From NCBI GenBank assembly GCA_977020255.1, contig CDROCS010003914.1:248001-312000 (forward strand): a DNA stretch of 64,000 nt, written 5' to 3'. This stretch comes from Obrimoposthia wandeli. Its lineage: Eukaryota. This document shows positions 10,080 through 19,106 of this stretch, piece by piece. The stretch's first letter is position 1; each line of letters starts with the position of its first letter. The position numbers and the translations under genes are program-made. Under the pieces are notes generated by a model. The model made no database searches. It saw only the letters and a list, made by a program, of their open reading frames with translations, and was not told the DNA's origin.

Positions 10080-10418
10080 TCTTGGGATTAGATAAAATAG
10101 TATTCGATTTCATCGGTTCGTTGCGATGAGAGGAGGCTGCGTGCTGAATCTCGTAAACACCAAAATTGGCTCGGTAATTAACTGACTAGAGTAAATAAGG
10201 TATGAAAATAGGCTTAGAAAATGGCATGATTATATGGAATAAGAAGGTGTATGGTAATCTGAGCATGACGGAGTTATTTCAAATCCCCATAGTTCGAAAC
10301 ATAGAACAAGCTTCAAAGTAACGTCCCGCGGTTTCCTCCCTTGAGGCCTATAAGACATCTGCTTCTAGCAATGCAGATATAGCTGATTCTGTGGTGGCAA
10401 ATATCTTATAACCCTAAA

Positions 10419-12131
10419 CAGACTGTGTGAAAACTCAGAATAAGACCATTAAACATCGTTAAGTATGCTATTTAACCTGTCAAATGACTTAACCACCGAA
10501 TATTAACATTTGAACGGAATATTAGTTTTATAAGGCTTAGGTGAGCTAATAATGATAAATATGCTGTTTTGAGGTGTTTTATGGCGTAATTTGAAGCTAA
10601 ATGTACCTTTATTGTCTGATCGCTTCCATTAACCCAGTTGTTCCCAGTATCGCCATCATGCGTTTTAGGTTGTAAGCCAGCACATGCAAATTCATTTCTA
10701 TACTCACATTCTTTTTGCGCTTCATTAAGAAGTGTGTCGCACCCATCCACATTTTAATCGTGCCAAACGGATGCTCTGAATCATCATCGAGTCGCTGTTG
10801 CATAGCGTCAATTTCTGCTTCATAAATCCAGCGCCTCATTTCCTAGAGCTCCTTTAATGTGCCGTGCATTTATCCCCTAATCGTTCGTCACGGCAAGCAG
10901 CTGGGTTAACGTAAACTTTCTGTTCGAGGCCTTTCTCCTGTCGCACTCGACGATAGGGTAATGCCTGCCCGCAAAACATATAGATATCTTGGCCCTTGTC
11001 GTATTTGAATAACGATTTGTTGAATATGCCTTTCTTTGCCGCACCTGATGTATCGATTTGCGGAACATTTACCGTCATGCCTAAGTCTTGTGTCGCCTTG
11101 ATATCAATTCGGCTGAAATAGCCTTTATCAGCAATAATGGTGATATCTTTTTTACATAATGTTTCTTGAACCTGCTCTGCTACTAAAGTCAGTTGGCCTC
11201 TGTCAGTTGTCATCACGATATCGTGTGCAACAATCAAGTGATGCTTTGTATCTACAGCACTTTGCACATTATAACAAACCTGCCTTTGCATGTGATGTGT
11301 CTTCATCAAACGGGCATCAGGGTCAGTTCGTGATATCTGCTTGTCTGGATGTGCATTCACTTCTACTTCAAGCGCTTTAAGCTCCACTAATCGCTGTTCA
11401 AGCCATGCTAACTTTGAGGTTGAGACAGTGTTTGACGTCTCCTTTTCATCTTTGTCTTTGCTATCCATTTGACTTAAGTATTTTTGGATATTCTTCTCAA
11501 CGCGGTCAATATGGAACTGCACTTTGCTGGGTGTGTAATTCTTTGATTTGTTGTTGACGGCCTTGAATTTACTGCCGTCAATAGCGAAGAGTGATTCGCT
11601 GAACATATTCATCTGGCGACACATCTCTACAAACTGACGGCACACGCTTCTTATACCTTTGCCATTATCCTTTCTGAAGTCTGCAATTGTTTTAAAGTCT
11701 GGCATTAATCGACCCAGCAGGCACATCAATTCAACGTTGCGATGACTTTCTTTTTCTAAGCGCCGAGAAGATTGAATACGGTTGAGATAACCATAGATAT
11801 AGAGTTTTAGGAGGATGGCTGGGTGGGCCAGTATCCTTAGCTATAACGCGCTTAAACCCAAGTGTTTCAAGGTTTAAACTTTCTACAAATACATCCACGA
11901 CTCGAACGGAATTATCTTCAGTAACAAAGTCATCAAGTACTTCGGGGAACAAGGTGGTTTACGTTCCTGACTGGCCTAAAATATGATGTGCCATCACGTT
12001 TACCCTATGGTTTGGCTGACCATATCATTATACTAAAAGTGATGGTTTAATAGGCGATAACATTAAGATTGATCGATCATAAGTAGCTAGAGCTTAGATC
12101 AAAAGGTAATCAATAGTTTTCACACAGCCTG
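10419..12131 (-). mobile_element. IS1182-family insertion sequence (1713 bp), transposase inactivated
   Basis: TIRs cagactgtgtgaaaactc and tagttttcacacagcctg. The transposase is split over several ORFs. Confidence 0.9.
10609..11994 (-). pseudogene. IS1182-family transposase (fragmented)
   Basis: FPEVLDDFVTEDNSVRVVDVFV; LLGRLMPDFKTIADFRKDN; FAIDGSKFKAVN; TDPDARLM; ADKGYF; EHPFGTIKMWMGATHFL. Confidence 0.9.
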
Positions 12132-12204
12132 TATCACGTCCTTCCAAGGGCAGCTAGAATTCCTCGCGGAATTAAATGAACACAACATTAAAATGAGTGC
12201 AAAC

Positions 12205-12302
12205 CATTTCATTATTTATGAGATTTCTCGGAGTGCTGGAATCTCATATAAGATGAAACGGCCCCGTGTTTCCAAACCTCATCGTTTCACTACTTATGAG
12301 AT
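12205..12302. repeat. Three 20-bp CRTTTCA-N6-ATGAGAT motifs (forward, reverse, forward); res-site-like
   Basis: 12205-12224 catttcattatttatgagat; 12241-12260 reverse complement cgtttcatcttatatgagat; 12283-12302 cgtttcactacttatgagat. Confidence 0.75.
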
Positions 12303-12310
12303 CTGACACG

Positions 12311-12358
12311 ATTACCTATCAAATAATATAAAAAATTCAATATTTATTGGTTGCAATA
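12311..12358 (+). repeat. 47-bp direct repeat, copy 2
   Basis: attacctatcaaataatataaaaaattcaatatttattggttgcaata. Confidence 0.9.
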
Positions 12359-12406
12359 AACGAGCACTATATAACCAGCTTGATATACTTATAGTTAGCA
12401 ATACAA

Positions 12407-12643
12407 TTGTTTGTAAGCAAAAAAATTTTGTGGCAAAAAATGAATGATGTAAATGTGGATCCTAAAGAATTATTTGAGGAGGTTGAGAAGCAAAGAGAGG
12501 CGGGTACGGTAAGCGATGGTATAACTAGTAGTCCTTTTAAGTTTCAAGGGTCGGAAGGTTTTCCAGGATTTATAGAGCGAATTGATGAAAATGGGAATGT
12601 AGAGGTGGGTAGATTTAGGGATGAGGTTTTCGAAAAGAGGTAA
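12407..12643 (+). CDS. Small acidic hypothetical protein; resembles the C-terminal half of long ParD-like antitoxins
   Basis: VDPKELFEEVEKQREAG...FQGSEGFPGFIERIDENGNVEVGRF, recalled similarity only. Followed by a terminator. Confidence 0.4.
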   Translation: MFVSKKILWQKMNDVNVDPKELFEEVEKQREAGTVSDGITSSPFKFQGSEGFPGFIERIDENGNVEVGRFRDEVFEKR

Positions 12644-12662
12644 CTAAATGCAAAAGTTAAAC

Positions 12663-12695
12663 AAAAAAAAGCCGGTCAAGTTGACCGGCTTTTTT
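12663..12695. terminator. Bidirectional intrinsic terminator
   Basis: aaaaaaaagccggtcaa-g-ttgaccggctttttt, a perfect palindrome. Confidence 0.85.
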
Positions 12696-12885
12696 AATGG
12701 AAATTCGGTAAAAAATCTCGGGGTACAGAATCTAGGGTACAAAAAGGGGATATTTAGTGCAGTAAATATTATTTAATAGAGTAAATATTACTCATTAAAA
12801 ATATATATTACTGTAAATAAAATTTTTCCTTTTTGTCTAAATCCTTGTTTTATTGTACCTTTTAAATATTTTACCGTTAACAAAG

Positions 12886-13242
12886 TGGTGGAGGTGGCGG
12901 GTTTCGAACCCGCGTCCGCCAATCCGCTGCCTCAAGATCTACATGCTTAGACACTTCTACTAAGTTAACCCAGCACGGCCCGAAGGTCAGGGCGTTTAGG
13001 GCGAGCCTCTTTAGTTTTAACCGTTCAGCTTGAGACAAAGCTTCCGGGCGATCCCATCTCATATGACACAACAAATCCTCTAGTTATAGGCACCTGAAGG
13101 TGTTGCGTAGCAGGCTTAAGCTGCTAGTGCGTAGTTATCGTCGTTTGCAACTATAACTTTGTAGTAAGGGATTAACGTGATTCACTACACTCACGACATG
13201 CACTTAAGGTTTTGTAATCGGCGTCGAATCCAAGTCACCCCC
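12886..13242 (-). ncRNA. ssrA: tmRNA, tag peptide ANDDNYALAA
   Basis: 5' GGGGGTGACTTGGATTCGAC; 3' GGGTTCGAAACCCGCCACCTCCACCA; resume frame gca aac gac gat aac tac gca cta gca gct taa. Confidence 0.97.
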
Positions 13243-13386
13243 AAGTAGGATCATTATAGTGCTTAGAGGTCAGATGGAAAGCGTTATCTTTCAAATAGTT
13301 TAATTCTTTAATAGAAACAAGCTATATGTGCTCAAAGGGTTAATAAACGTACTGTTAGGATACTAAACGTTATTGAAAATACAGCT

Positions 13387-14748
13387 TTAACGGATAGCGA
13401 TTAATAGCATTTGCCCATCACGTTTTACTTGTAAGAACATGGTGTTACTACTGCGCTTTAGTGCTTGCTTGAAATCTTTTAAATTACGAATGGTAATTCG
13501 GTTAGCTTGAATAATTAAATCTCCAGGTTCTAACCCGTTATAAGCGGCAACAGAATCTTGTGTTAATGAAACGACCAAAATACCTTGCTCGTTACGGCTT
13601 TTTTTGAAAGTTGCACCAGCAAGCAGTGGGTGAAAATTATCTTTTATTGCTCTATGGGTACCTCGGCTACCAAACTGCTTAGGGTTGCCGACCTCAAGCT
13701 TGAATGTACGGTTACGACCATCGCGAAGTGCGATTAAGGTGATTTTGTCGCCAATGTTTTTGATGCCTATTTGGCTGCGCAATTGGCTTGAGGAATTAGT
13801 GCTAGCTCCATCAACAGAGATGATAATATCACCGGCTTGTATACCTGCTCTAAGTGCCGGTGTGTTGTTGCCTATGCCGGTTATTAATACACCTTGTTGG
13901 CCGTTTTTTAAATTGAAAGCTTGGCGTAAATCATCAGTAATATCTTGAATACTCACACCGATTTGACCGCGTTTAACTTCACCGTATTTTAGAATTTGTT
14001 GCATGCTGGCTTTAGCCATGTTGATCGGAATAGCAAAACCAATACCCACATTGCCACCAGTAGGTGCAATGATGGCAGAATTGATGCCAATTAAACGACC
14101 CGCTAAGTCCACCAATGCACCACCAGAATTACCGGGGTTAATTGAGGCGTCTGTTTGTATATAATTTTCGTAACCTTTTAAGCCCAGCCCTGAGCGGCCT
14201 AGTGCACTGACGATACCGGTAGTGACTGTTTGGCCTAATCCAAATGGGTTTCCTATTGCTACTGCAAAATCACCGACTTGTACTCTTGATGAATCGGCCA
14301 ATTTAACTTCGTTTAGATTTTTGGCATTAAGCTTTAATATAGCAATGTCTAAATCGGGATCTGAGCCTAGCAGTTGCGCTTTAAAGTTACGGCCATCTAT
14401 CAAGGATATCCGTATTTCGTCAGCTTTTTCAATGACATGATAGTTTGTCATTACAATCCCCTTACTTGCGTCAATGATAACGCCAGATCCTGCACTGCTA
14501 CTTCGCTGCGGTGATTGCTGCTGTCTTTGAGAGTCAAAGAAACGTCTAAAAAAAGGATCTCTCATTAAAGGGTTTTGTTGAGTTTTCCCATTATAGAAAG
14601 TAGATATGCTTACTACAGCAGCATTAACTTGACTTAACATGGGGGCTAAAGAGGGGAGTATTTTACCCTGTGAATCTGTGGCAGGTAATCCGGCGTAGCT
14701 AGTCGCATTAAAAAAAAATAAAAAAAGTAAAAAGAATTTTGTTTTCAT
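13387..14748 (-). CDS. Do/DegQ-family periplasmic serine protease with two PDZ domains
   Basis: Signal peptide, SLAPML, TNYHVI, IQTDASINPGNSGGAL, two PDZ repeats. Confidence 0.93.
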   Translation of the reverse strand: MKTKFFLLFLFFFNATSYAGLPATDSQGKILPSLAPMLSQVNAAVVSISTFYNGKTQQNPLMRDPFFRRFFDSQRQQQSPQRSSSAGSGVIIDASKGIVMTNYHVIEKADEIRISLIDGRNFKAQLLGSDPDLDIAILKLNAKNLNEVKLADSSRVQVGDFAVAIGNPFGLGQTVTTGIVSALGRSGLGLKGYENYIQTDASINPGNSGGALVDLAGRLIGINSAIIAPTGGNVGIGFAIPINMAKASMQQILKYGEVKRGQIGVSIQDITDDLRQAFNLKNGQQGVLITGIGNNTPALRAGIQAGDIIISVDGASTNSSSQLRSQIGIKNIGDKITLIALRDGRNRTFKLEVGNPKQFGSRGTHRAIKDNFHPLLAGATFKKSRNEQGILVVSLTQDSVAAYNGLEPGDLIIQANRITIRNLKDFKQALKRSSNTMFLQVKRDGQMLLIAIR

Positions 14749-14878
14749 GGTTGCCCCAGAATATTGAATATTGAATATCGCAATATTTGAGTGTAAAGCA
14801 CAAGAAAGGTTCTATGTGGGATAATAAATTTTGCAGGAGGTATATGCCTTGCTACTTTAAGCAAGGCTATTGAAGAGG

Positions 14879-15355
14879 TTATCTAGTGCTAAGAACACGT
14901 TGCTTTTGACGGCTCCAATCTTTCTCTTTTTCAGTGGCACGTTTATCGTGTTGTTGCTTACCGCGCACAAGAGCGATTTCACACTTTACATGATCATCTT
15001 TCCAATAAAGCGCTAAGGCAATACAAGAAAAGCCTTTAGCTTCTACCGCAAATGCTAGATTGGATATCTGTCTGCTGTGTAGCAACAGCTTTCGCGGCTT
15101 GCGAGGTTCAGTAACATAATGAGTAGAGGCTTGTTTTAACGGAGTCATTGTGGCATTAAGCAGCCAAGCTTCACCATCTTTAAACATTACGTATGAGTCA
15201 GTTAACTGGGCACGACCGTCTCTTAGGCTTTTTACTTCCCAACCGACCAGCACGAGTCCTGCTTCTATTTTTTCATCGATATGGTACTCATGTCTTGCGC
15301 GCTTATTTAGACATATAGTATTACCGGAATTTTTTGCTTTTTTCTTTTTAGCCAT
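14879..15355 (-). CDS. smpB: SsrA-binding protein (start adjusted from 15424)
   Basis: [37 protein letters not shown]. Confidence 0.97.
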   Translation of the reverse strand: MAKKKKAKNSGNTICLNKRARHEYHIDEKIEAGLVLVGWEVKSLRDGRAQLTDSYVMFKDGEAWLLNATMTPLKQASTHYVTEPRKPRKLLLHSRQISNLAFAVEAKGFSCIALALYWKDDHVKCEIALVRGKQQHDKRATEKEKDWSRQKQRVLSTR

Positions 15356-15791
15356 GCCGGCAAGTATAAACCATGCAGATAAGTTTTCGATAGTTAATGG
15401 CTTGGAAAATGCGATTTTACGCAATTAATTGAATCAGTTTAGATTTTCTATCTAAAAATGAATATGAATCAATATGTTTGGTTGATTTTTGAACATTTTG
15501 CTGGCAACTTATAATCTTTGATCAATAAGTAAATGTTAGTTGGATAAAGTGTTTACCTGTCATTTTTTATAAAACAGTACAGTTAAGGTTATTTAATATA
15601 AGAAATAAAAATATTATGTCGTTTGTTTTAGTGTTAATAGAGATAAATGGCCCCATTAAGCAACAGTAAATCGCAAAAGCTGATAGCTAAACAAGAGTAA
15701 TTTAAAGGCATTAGGATTACGCATACTTTATGTGGTTATTAAAGTTAGCAGTGTTCAAAACTAAGAGGTGGGGAAAGCATTTTGGTGAAGG

Positions 15792-17168
15792 TTGATGAAT
15801 AGTATAAGTAATCACGTATGGTCAAGTCGTTGGGTGTTTTTTGTAGCAGCGACTGCAGGTACTGTTGGGTTAGGTAATATTTGGAACTTCCCCATCTATA
15901 TGGCAGAAAATGGAGGCAGTGCTTTTGTCGTATTATATCTGTTGTGTATTGTTCTAATGGGAGTGCCTATGATGCTTAGTGAAGTAGCCATTGGGCATAT
16001 AGGCAGGGCTAATTCGGTGTTTTCGATACGTGATACAGCGCTGCGCTCAGGTGCTTCAGGGCATTGGTCCTTGATGGGGTATTTAGGTTTGCTGGCTGGG
16101 CTATGCATTTGCGTATTACTGAGTGTCGTTGGTAGTTGGTCAATTAGTTATTTGCTTGAGATGTATCAAGGCTCTTTTGTCGATATTGGTCGTACTAAAG
16201 CACTGTCTGTATATAGTGAAATAAAGATTAATAGTAATGCGTTGTTTCAATATCAAACGGCTTTTATTGCGACAATTGTAGTTATTTTAGGTTTCGGTGT
16301 TAATAAAGGTTTAGGCAGAGGGCTTATGTATTTAGTGCCTATGTCGTTGATTGTTTTATTCATATTACTTTTCCATTCTTTTAGTAGCGGTTTTGTTGAC
16401 CAAGCTTTTGAGTATATGTTTCGCTTCGATGCTAGCAAGCTAACTATTGGTTCCTTTTTACTTGCTTTCGAACATGCCTTTTATACTTTATCCATTGGTA
16501 TTGGCTCGTTAATGGTATTTGGTGCTTATTTACCTAAAAGGGGAGGCATAGGGCCTATTGTATTTAGTGTCGCTCTGGTTGATATTATAATTTCAGGGTT
16601 AGTGGGATTAGTTATTATTCCAAGCTTGTTTTTAAGCCAAATAGACCCTGCAGGTGGATATGAGTTATTATTTGTCGCTTTGCCAATGGCTTACGGTGAT
16701 GTCCTCAATGGCCAATATCTAGGTACTTTGTTCTTTATATTCGTCATGCTTACAGCCCTCTCCTCAGCTTTAGTGTTATTAGAGCCTGCAATTTCTTGGT
16801 GCTCTGAGCGGTTTTCTACAGGGCGTTGGAATGCCGTTATCATGGTGGGCTTTGTTGTTTGGTTACTTAGTTTAGCCAGCATGGATCATTGGGATTATAT
16901 TCGCGAAATTACTGGTTATCGATATAAGCTGTTTGATTTACTTAATTTGTTGACAGCACAATTTATTCTCCCCTTGGCAGGTTTGCTAGTGGCTATTTAT
17001 GCCGGTTGGGTATTAAAGCCTTCGCTAGTTAGGGATGAAATGGCAAATACCGGTATGGGTGGGTTATATTTGTGGTACTTTTTGATTCGCTTTGTCGTAC
17101 CCAGCTTATTCGTTTTAGTTTTAGTATTAAATCAGCTAGATATTAAATCTATTAAGTTATTTTTTTAG
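15792..17168 (+). CDS. Sodium-dependent transporter, NSS/SNF family
   Basis: WSSRWVFFVAATAGTVGLGNIWNFP signature; multiple TM segments. Confidence 0.9.
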   Translation: MMNSISNHVWSSRWVFFVAATAGTVGLGNIWNFPIYMAENGGSAFVVLYLLCIVLMGVPMMLSEVAIGHIGRANSVFSIRDTALRSGASGHWSLMGYLGLLAGLCICVLLSVVGSWSISYLLEMYQGSFVDIGRTKALSVYSEIKINSNALFQYQTAFIATIVVILGFGVNKGLGRGLMYLVPMSLIVLFILLFHSFSSGFVDQAFEYMFRFDASKLTIGSFLLAFEHAFYTLSIGIGSLMVFGAYLPKRGGIGPIVFSVALVDIIISGLVGLVIIPSLFLSQIDPAGGYELLFVALPMAYGDVLNGQYLGTLFFIFVMLTALSSALVLLEPAISWCSERFSTGRWNAVIMVGFVVWLLSLASMDHWDYIREITGYRYKLFDLLNLLTAQFILPLAGLLVAIYAGWVLKPSLVRDEMANTGMGGLYLWYFLIRFVVPSLFVLVLVLNQLDIKSIKLFF

Positions 17169-17323
17169 TATAATGCGTTTTTGCTCGGTGCTGAGCTGAG
17201 TCATTAGCAAACTATTGTTGAAAAATAGCGTTAACATGGTCGTTTCTAAAGGTATCTGAAGCTTGATATTTGATATTATTACCTCGTAAGATCAACAAAT
17301 ATTATATTGGTAATTTAATTTAC

Positions 17324-17758
17324 ATGACACAAATTGACAGAAGTGCTTTGGTATTTCATACCAACCAGCAAATGTACGATATTGTAAACGACGTTCATTT
17401 GTATCCTGATTTTTTGCCTTGGTGCGCCTCTTCCGAAGTGCTCTCCCATACAGAACAAGTAATGGTAGCAAGCATGCAATTGGCGAAAGCAGGCTTGAAA
17501 TATAGCTTTACCACGCGCAATAGATTATCGAGCGGCAATAAAATTGAGTTTGAGTTGGTAGAAGGTCCTTTTAAACATTTATTTGGTGCATGGGATTTTT
17601 CTGTTTTAGGCAAAGATGCTTGCAAGGTTAGTTTAATTCTAAATTTTGAATTCTCCGGTAAATTTGCATCTTTTGCCATGACTAAAGTATTTTCCCAAGT
17701 AGCGAATACCATGGTTGAAGCTTTTGTGCAGCGCGCTGATGATTTATACGATAAGTGA
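17324..17758 (+). CDS. ratA: RatA/PasT (START-domain, Coq10-like) protein
   Basis: MYDIVNDVHLYPDFLPWC; FTTRN; LVEGPFKHL.GAWDF. Confidence 0.92.
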   Translation: MTQIDRSALVFHTNQQMYDIVNDVHLYPDFLPWCASSEVLSHTEQVMVASMQLAKAGLKYSFTTRNRLSSGNKIEFELVEGPFKHLFGAWDFSVLGKDACKVSLILNFEFSGKFASFAMTKVFSQVANTMVEAFVQRADDLYDK

Positions 17759-17767
17759 GTGTTAGCA

Positions 17768-18070
17768 ATGATTAAAGTAGAAGTAGCATTCGCAGGTCCT
17801 AAAGTGCAAAAAATTATTTCCGTCGAAATAGAAGAAGGCACTTCGGTTTATGATGCTGTACTTGCTTCAAATATTGATAAAGTTTTTCCTGAAATTGATG
17901 TGAAAACCATCCCAATGGGGATTTTTGGTAAAGGTATTCGCAAACCAAAAGAAGAAATTTTACGAGAAGGTGATAGGGTTGAGTTGTACCGCCCATTGGT
18001 TGCTGATCCTAAAGTAATTAGAGCGCGAAGAGCTGCAAAACTAAAAGAATCGGAATCCAATGCAAGTTAG
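17768..18070 (+). CDS. ratB: RnfH/RatB ubiquitin-like protein
   Basis: GIFGK..LREGDRVELYRPLVADPKVIRARRA. Confidence 0.92.
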   Translation: MIKVEVAFAGPKVQKIISVEIEEGTSVYDAVLASNIDKVFPEIDVKTIPMGIFGKGIRKPKEEILREGDRVELYRPLVADPKVIRARRAAKLKESESNAS

Positions 18071-18161
18071 TTTGAAAAAATATAGAGTTTACTTATAAAA
18101 TATTAAGTGATAATAAGTTAAAAATAAACTCAATAGTCTGTTGTTTCAAACGAGTTGATAA

Positions 18162-18482
18162 TTATTCAGGTTTTAAGTCACCTTGGATATTTGATAGCGC
18201 ACCGTTGGTGAAAAGCACAGTAACCCTTGAAAGTGTAGGTGTTTGGTTTGCCTTTTTCATGGTATAAATGTAATCCCAGCGGTTATTGTTGAAAGTGTCT
18301 TCAACAATTGGGGTACCCATAATAAATTGAACTTGTCGGGGGGTCATTCCAGGTTGTAACTGATTGACTTGCTCCTGCGTAATAATGTTACCTTGAGGAA
18401 TGTCTAATTTATAGACTCCCGGAAATTGAGTACAACCTGAGATTAGCATTACAGCAGTAATTAGTAATAAGAATTTTCGCAT
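18162..18482 (-). CDS. bamE: Outer membrane protein assembly factor BamE
   Basis: Lipobox ISGC; YKLDIPQGN; LQPGMT..QVQFIMGTP; RWDYIY. Confidence 0.95.
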   Translation of the reverse strand: MRKFLLLITAVMLISGCTQFPGVYKLDIPQGNIITQEQVNQLQPGMTPRQVQFIMGTPIVEDTFNNNRWDYIYTMKKANQTPTLSRVTVLFTNGALSNIQGDLKPE

Positions 18483-18567
18483 GGGTAAGTATTTTCCACT
18501 ATTATCCAACATTTAAGTTAATATAGTTTAGCATCCACTCGCTAGAATCCAATAGAGAAAAATAATT

Positions 18568-18993
18568 ATGGCTCTTGAAAATCAAGAATTACGTAAAGTA
18601 GGCCTAAAAGTTACCTTGCCAAGGGTAAAGATATATCAAATATTAGAAAAAGCAGGAGAAGGTGACCATTTTAGCGCTGAAGATATTTACAAGCTATTAA
18701 TGGAATTGGGTGAGGATGTTGGGCTAGCAACTGTATATCGAGTATTAACACAATTTGAATCTGCAGGATTAGTGTCTAGACATCACTTTGAAGGTGGGCA
18801 TTCCGTTTTCGAATTATCTAGAGATGACGAGCATGATCATATAGTTTGTGTAAAATGCGGAAAAGTAAAAGAGTTTGTTGATGAAGACCTTGTTAGACGT
18901 CAAAGCGCAATTGCTGAAAAATTGGGTTATAACTTAACAGATAGAACTTTATATTTGTATGGAACTTGTGCAGAAGGGTGTGAAGCTACTTAA
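18568..18993 (+). CDS. fur: Ferric uptake regulator
   Basis: GLKVTLPRVKI; GLATVYRVLTQFESAG; HDHIVCVKCG. Confidence 0.97.
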   Translation: MALENQELRKVGLKVTLPRVKIYQILEKAGEGDHFSAEDIYKLLMELGEDVGLATVYRVLTQFESAGLVSRHHFEGGHSVFELSRDDEHDHIVCVKCGKVKEFVDEDLVRRQSAIAEKLGYNLTDRTLYLYGTCAEGCEAT

Positions 18994-19011
18994 AGTTTAG
19001 TTGTAGATTGT

Positions 19012-19040
19012 AAAAAAACCAGCTTATGCTGGTTTTTTTT
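19012..19040. terminator. Bidirectional terminator between fur and recN
   Basis: aaaaaaaccagc-ttat-gctggtttttttt. Confidence 0.85.
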
Positions 19041-19106
19041 GACTATCTATTTGTTGTTATTCATCAGTGTATTGGCACTGTTTCAAGCTTTAAAGTTATG
19101 GCGCAA

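Larger units (their letters stand above)
7857..10341 (+). mobile_element. IS91-family element carrying an upstream tyrosine recombinase (decayed; boundaries approximate)
   Basis: Integrase and IS91 transposase in tandem. Hairpin at 7857-7895 on the left; aatccccatag (10282-10292) and cgcggtttcctccct (10327-10341) on the right. Confidence 0.65.

Noticed and set aside
12132-12306. Open frame ITSFQGQLEFLAELNEHNIKMS..., faintly like an IS3 integrase core
   Set aside because: Similarity too weak to call by eye, and it overlaps the repeat motifs.
12877-13074. 65-aa ORF in the ORF track
   Set aside because: Lies within the tmRNA gene; spurious.
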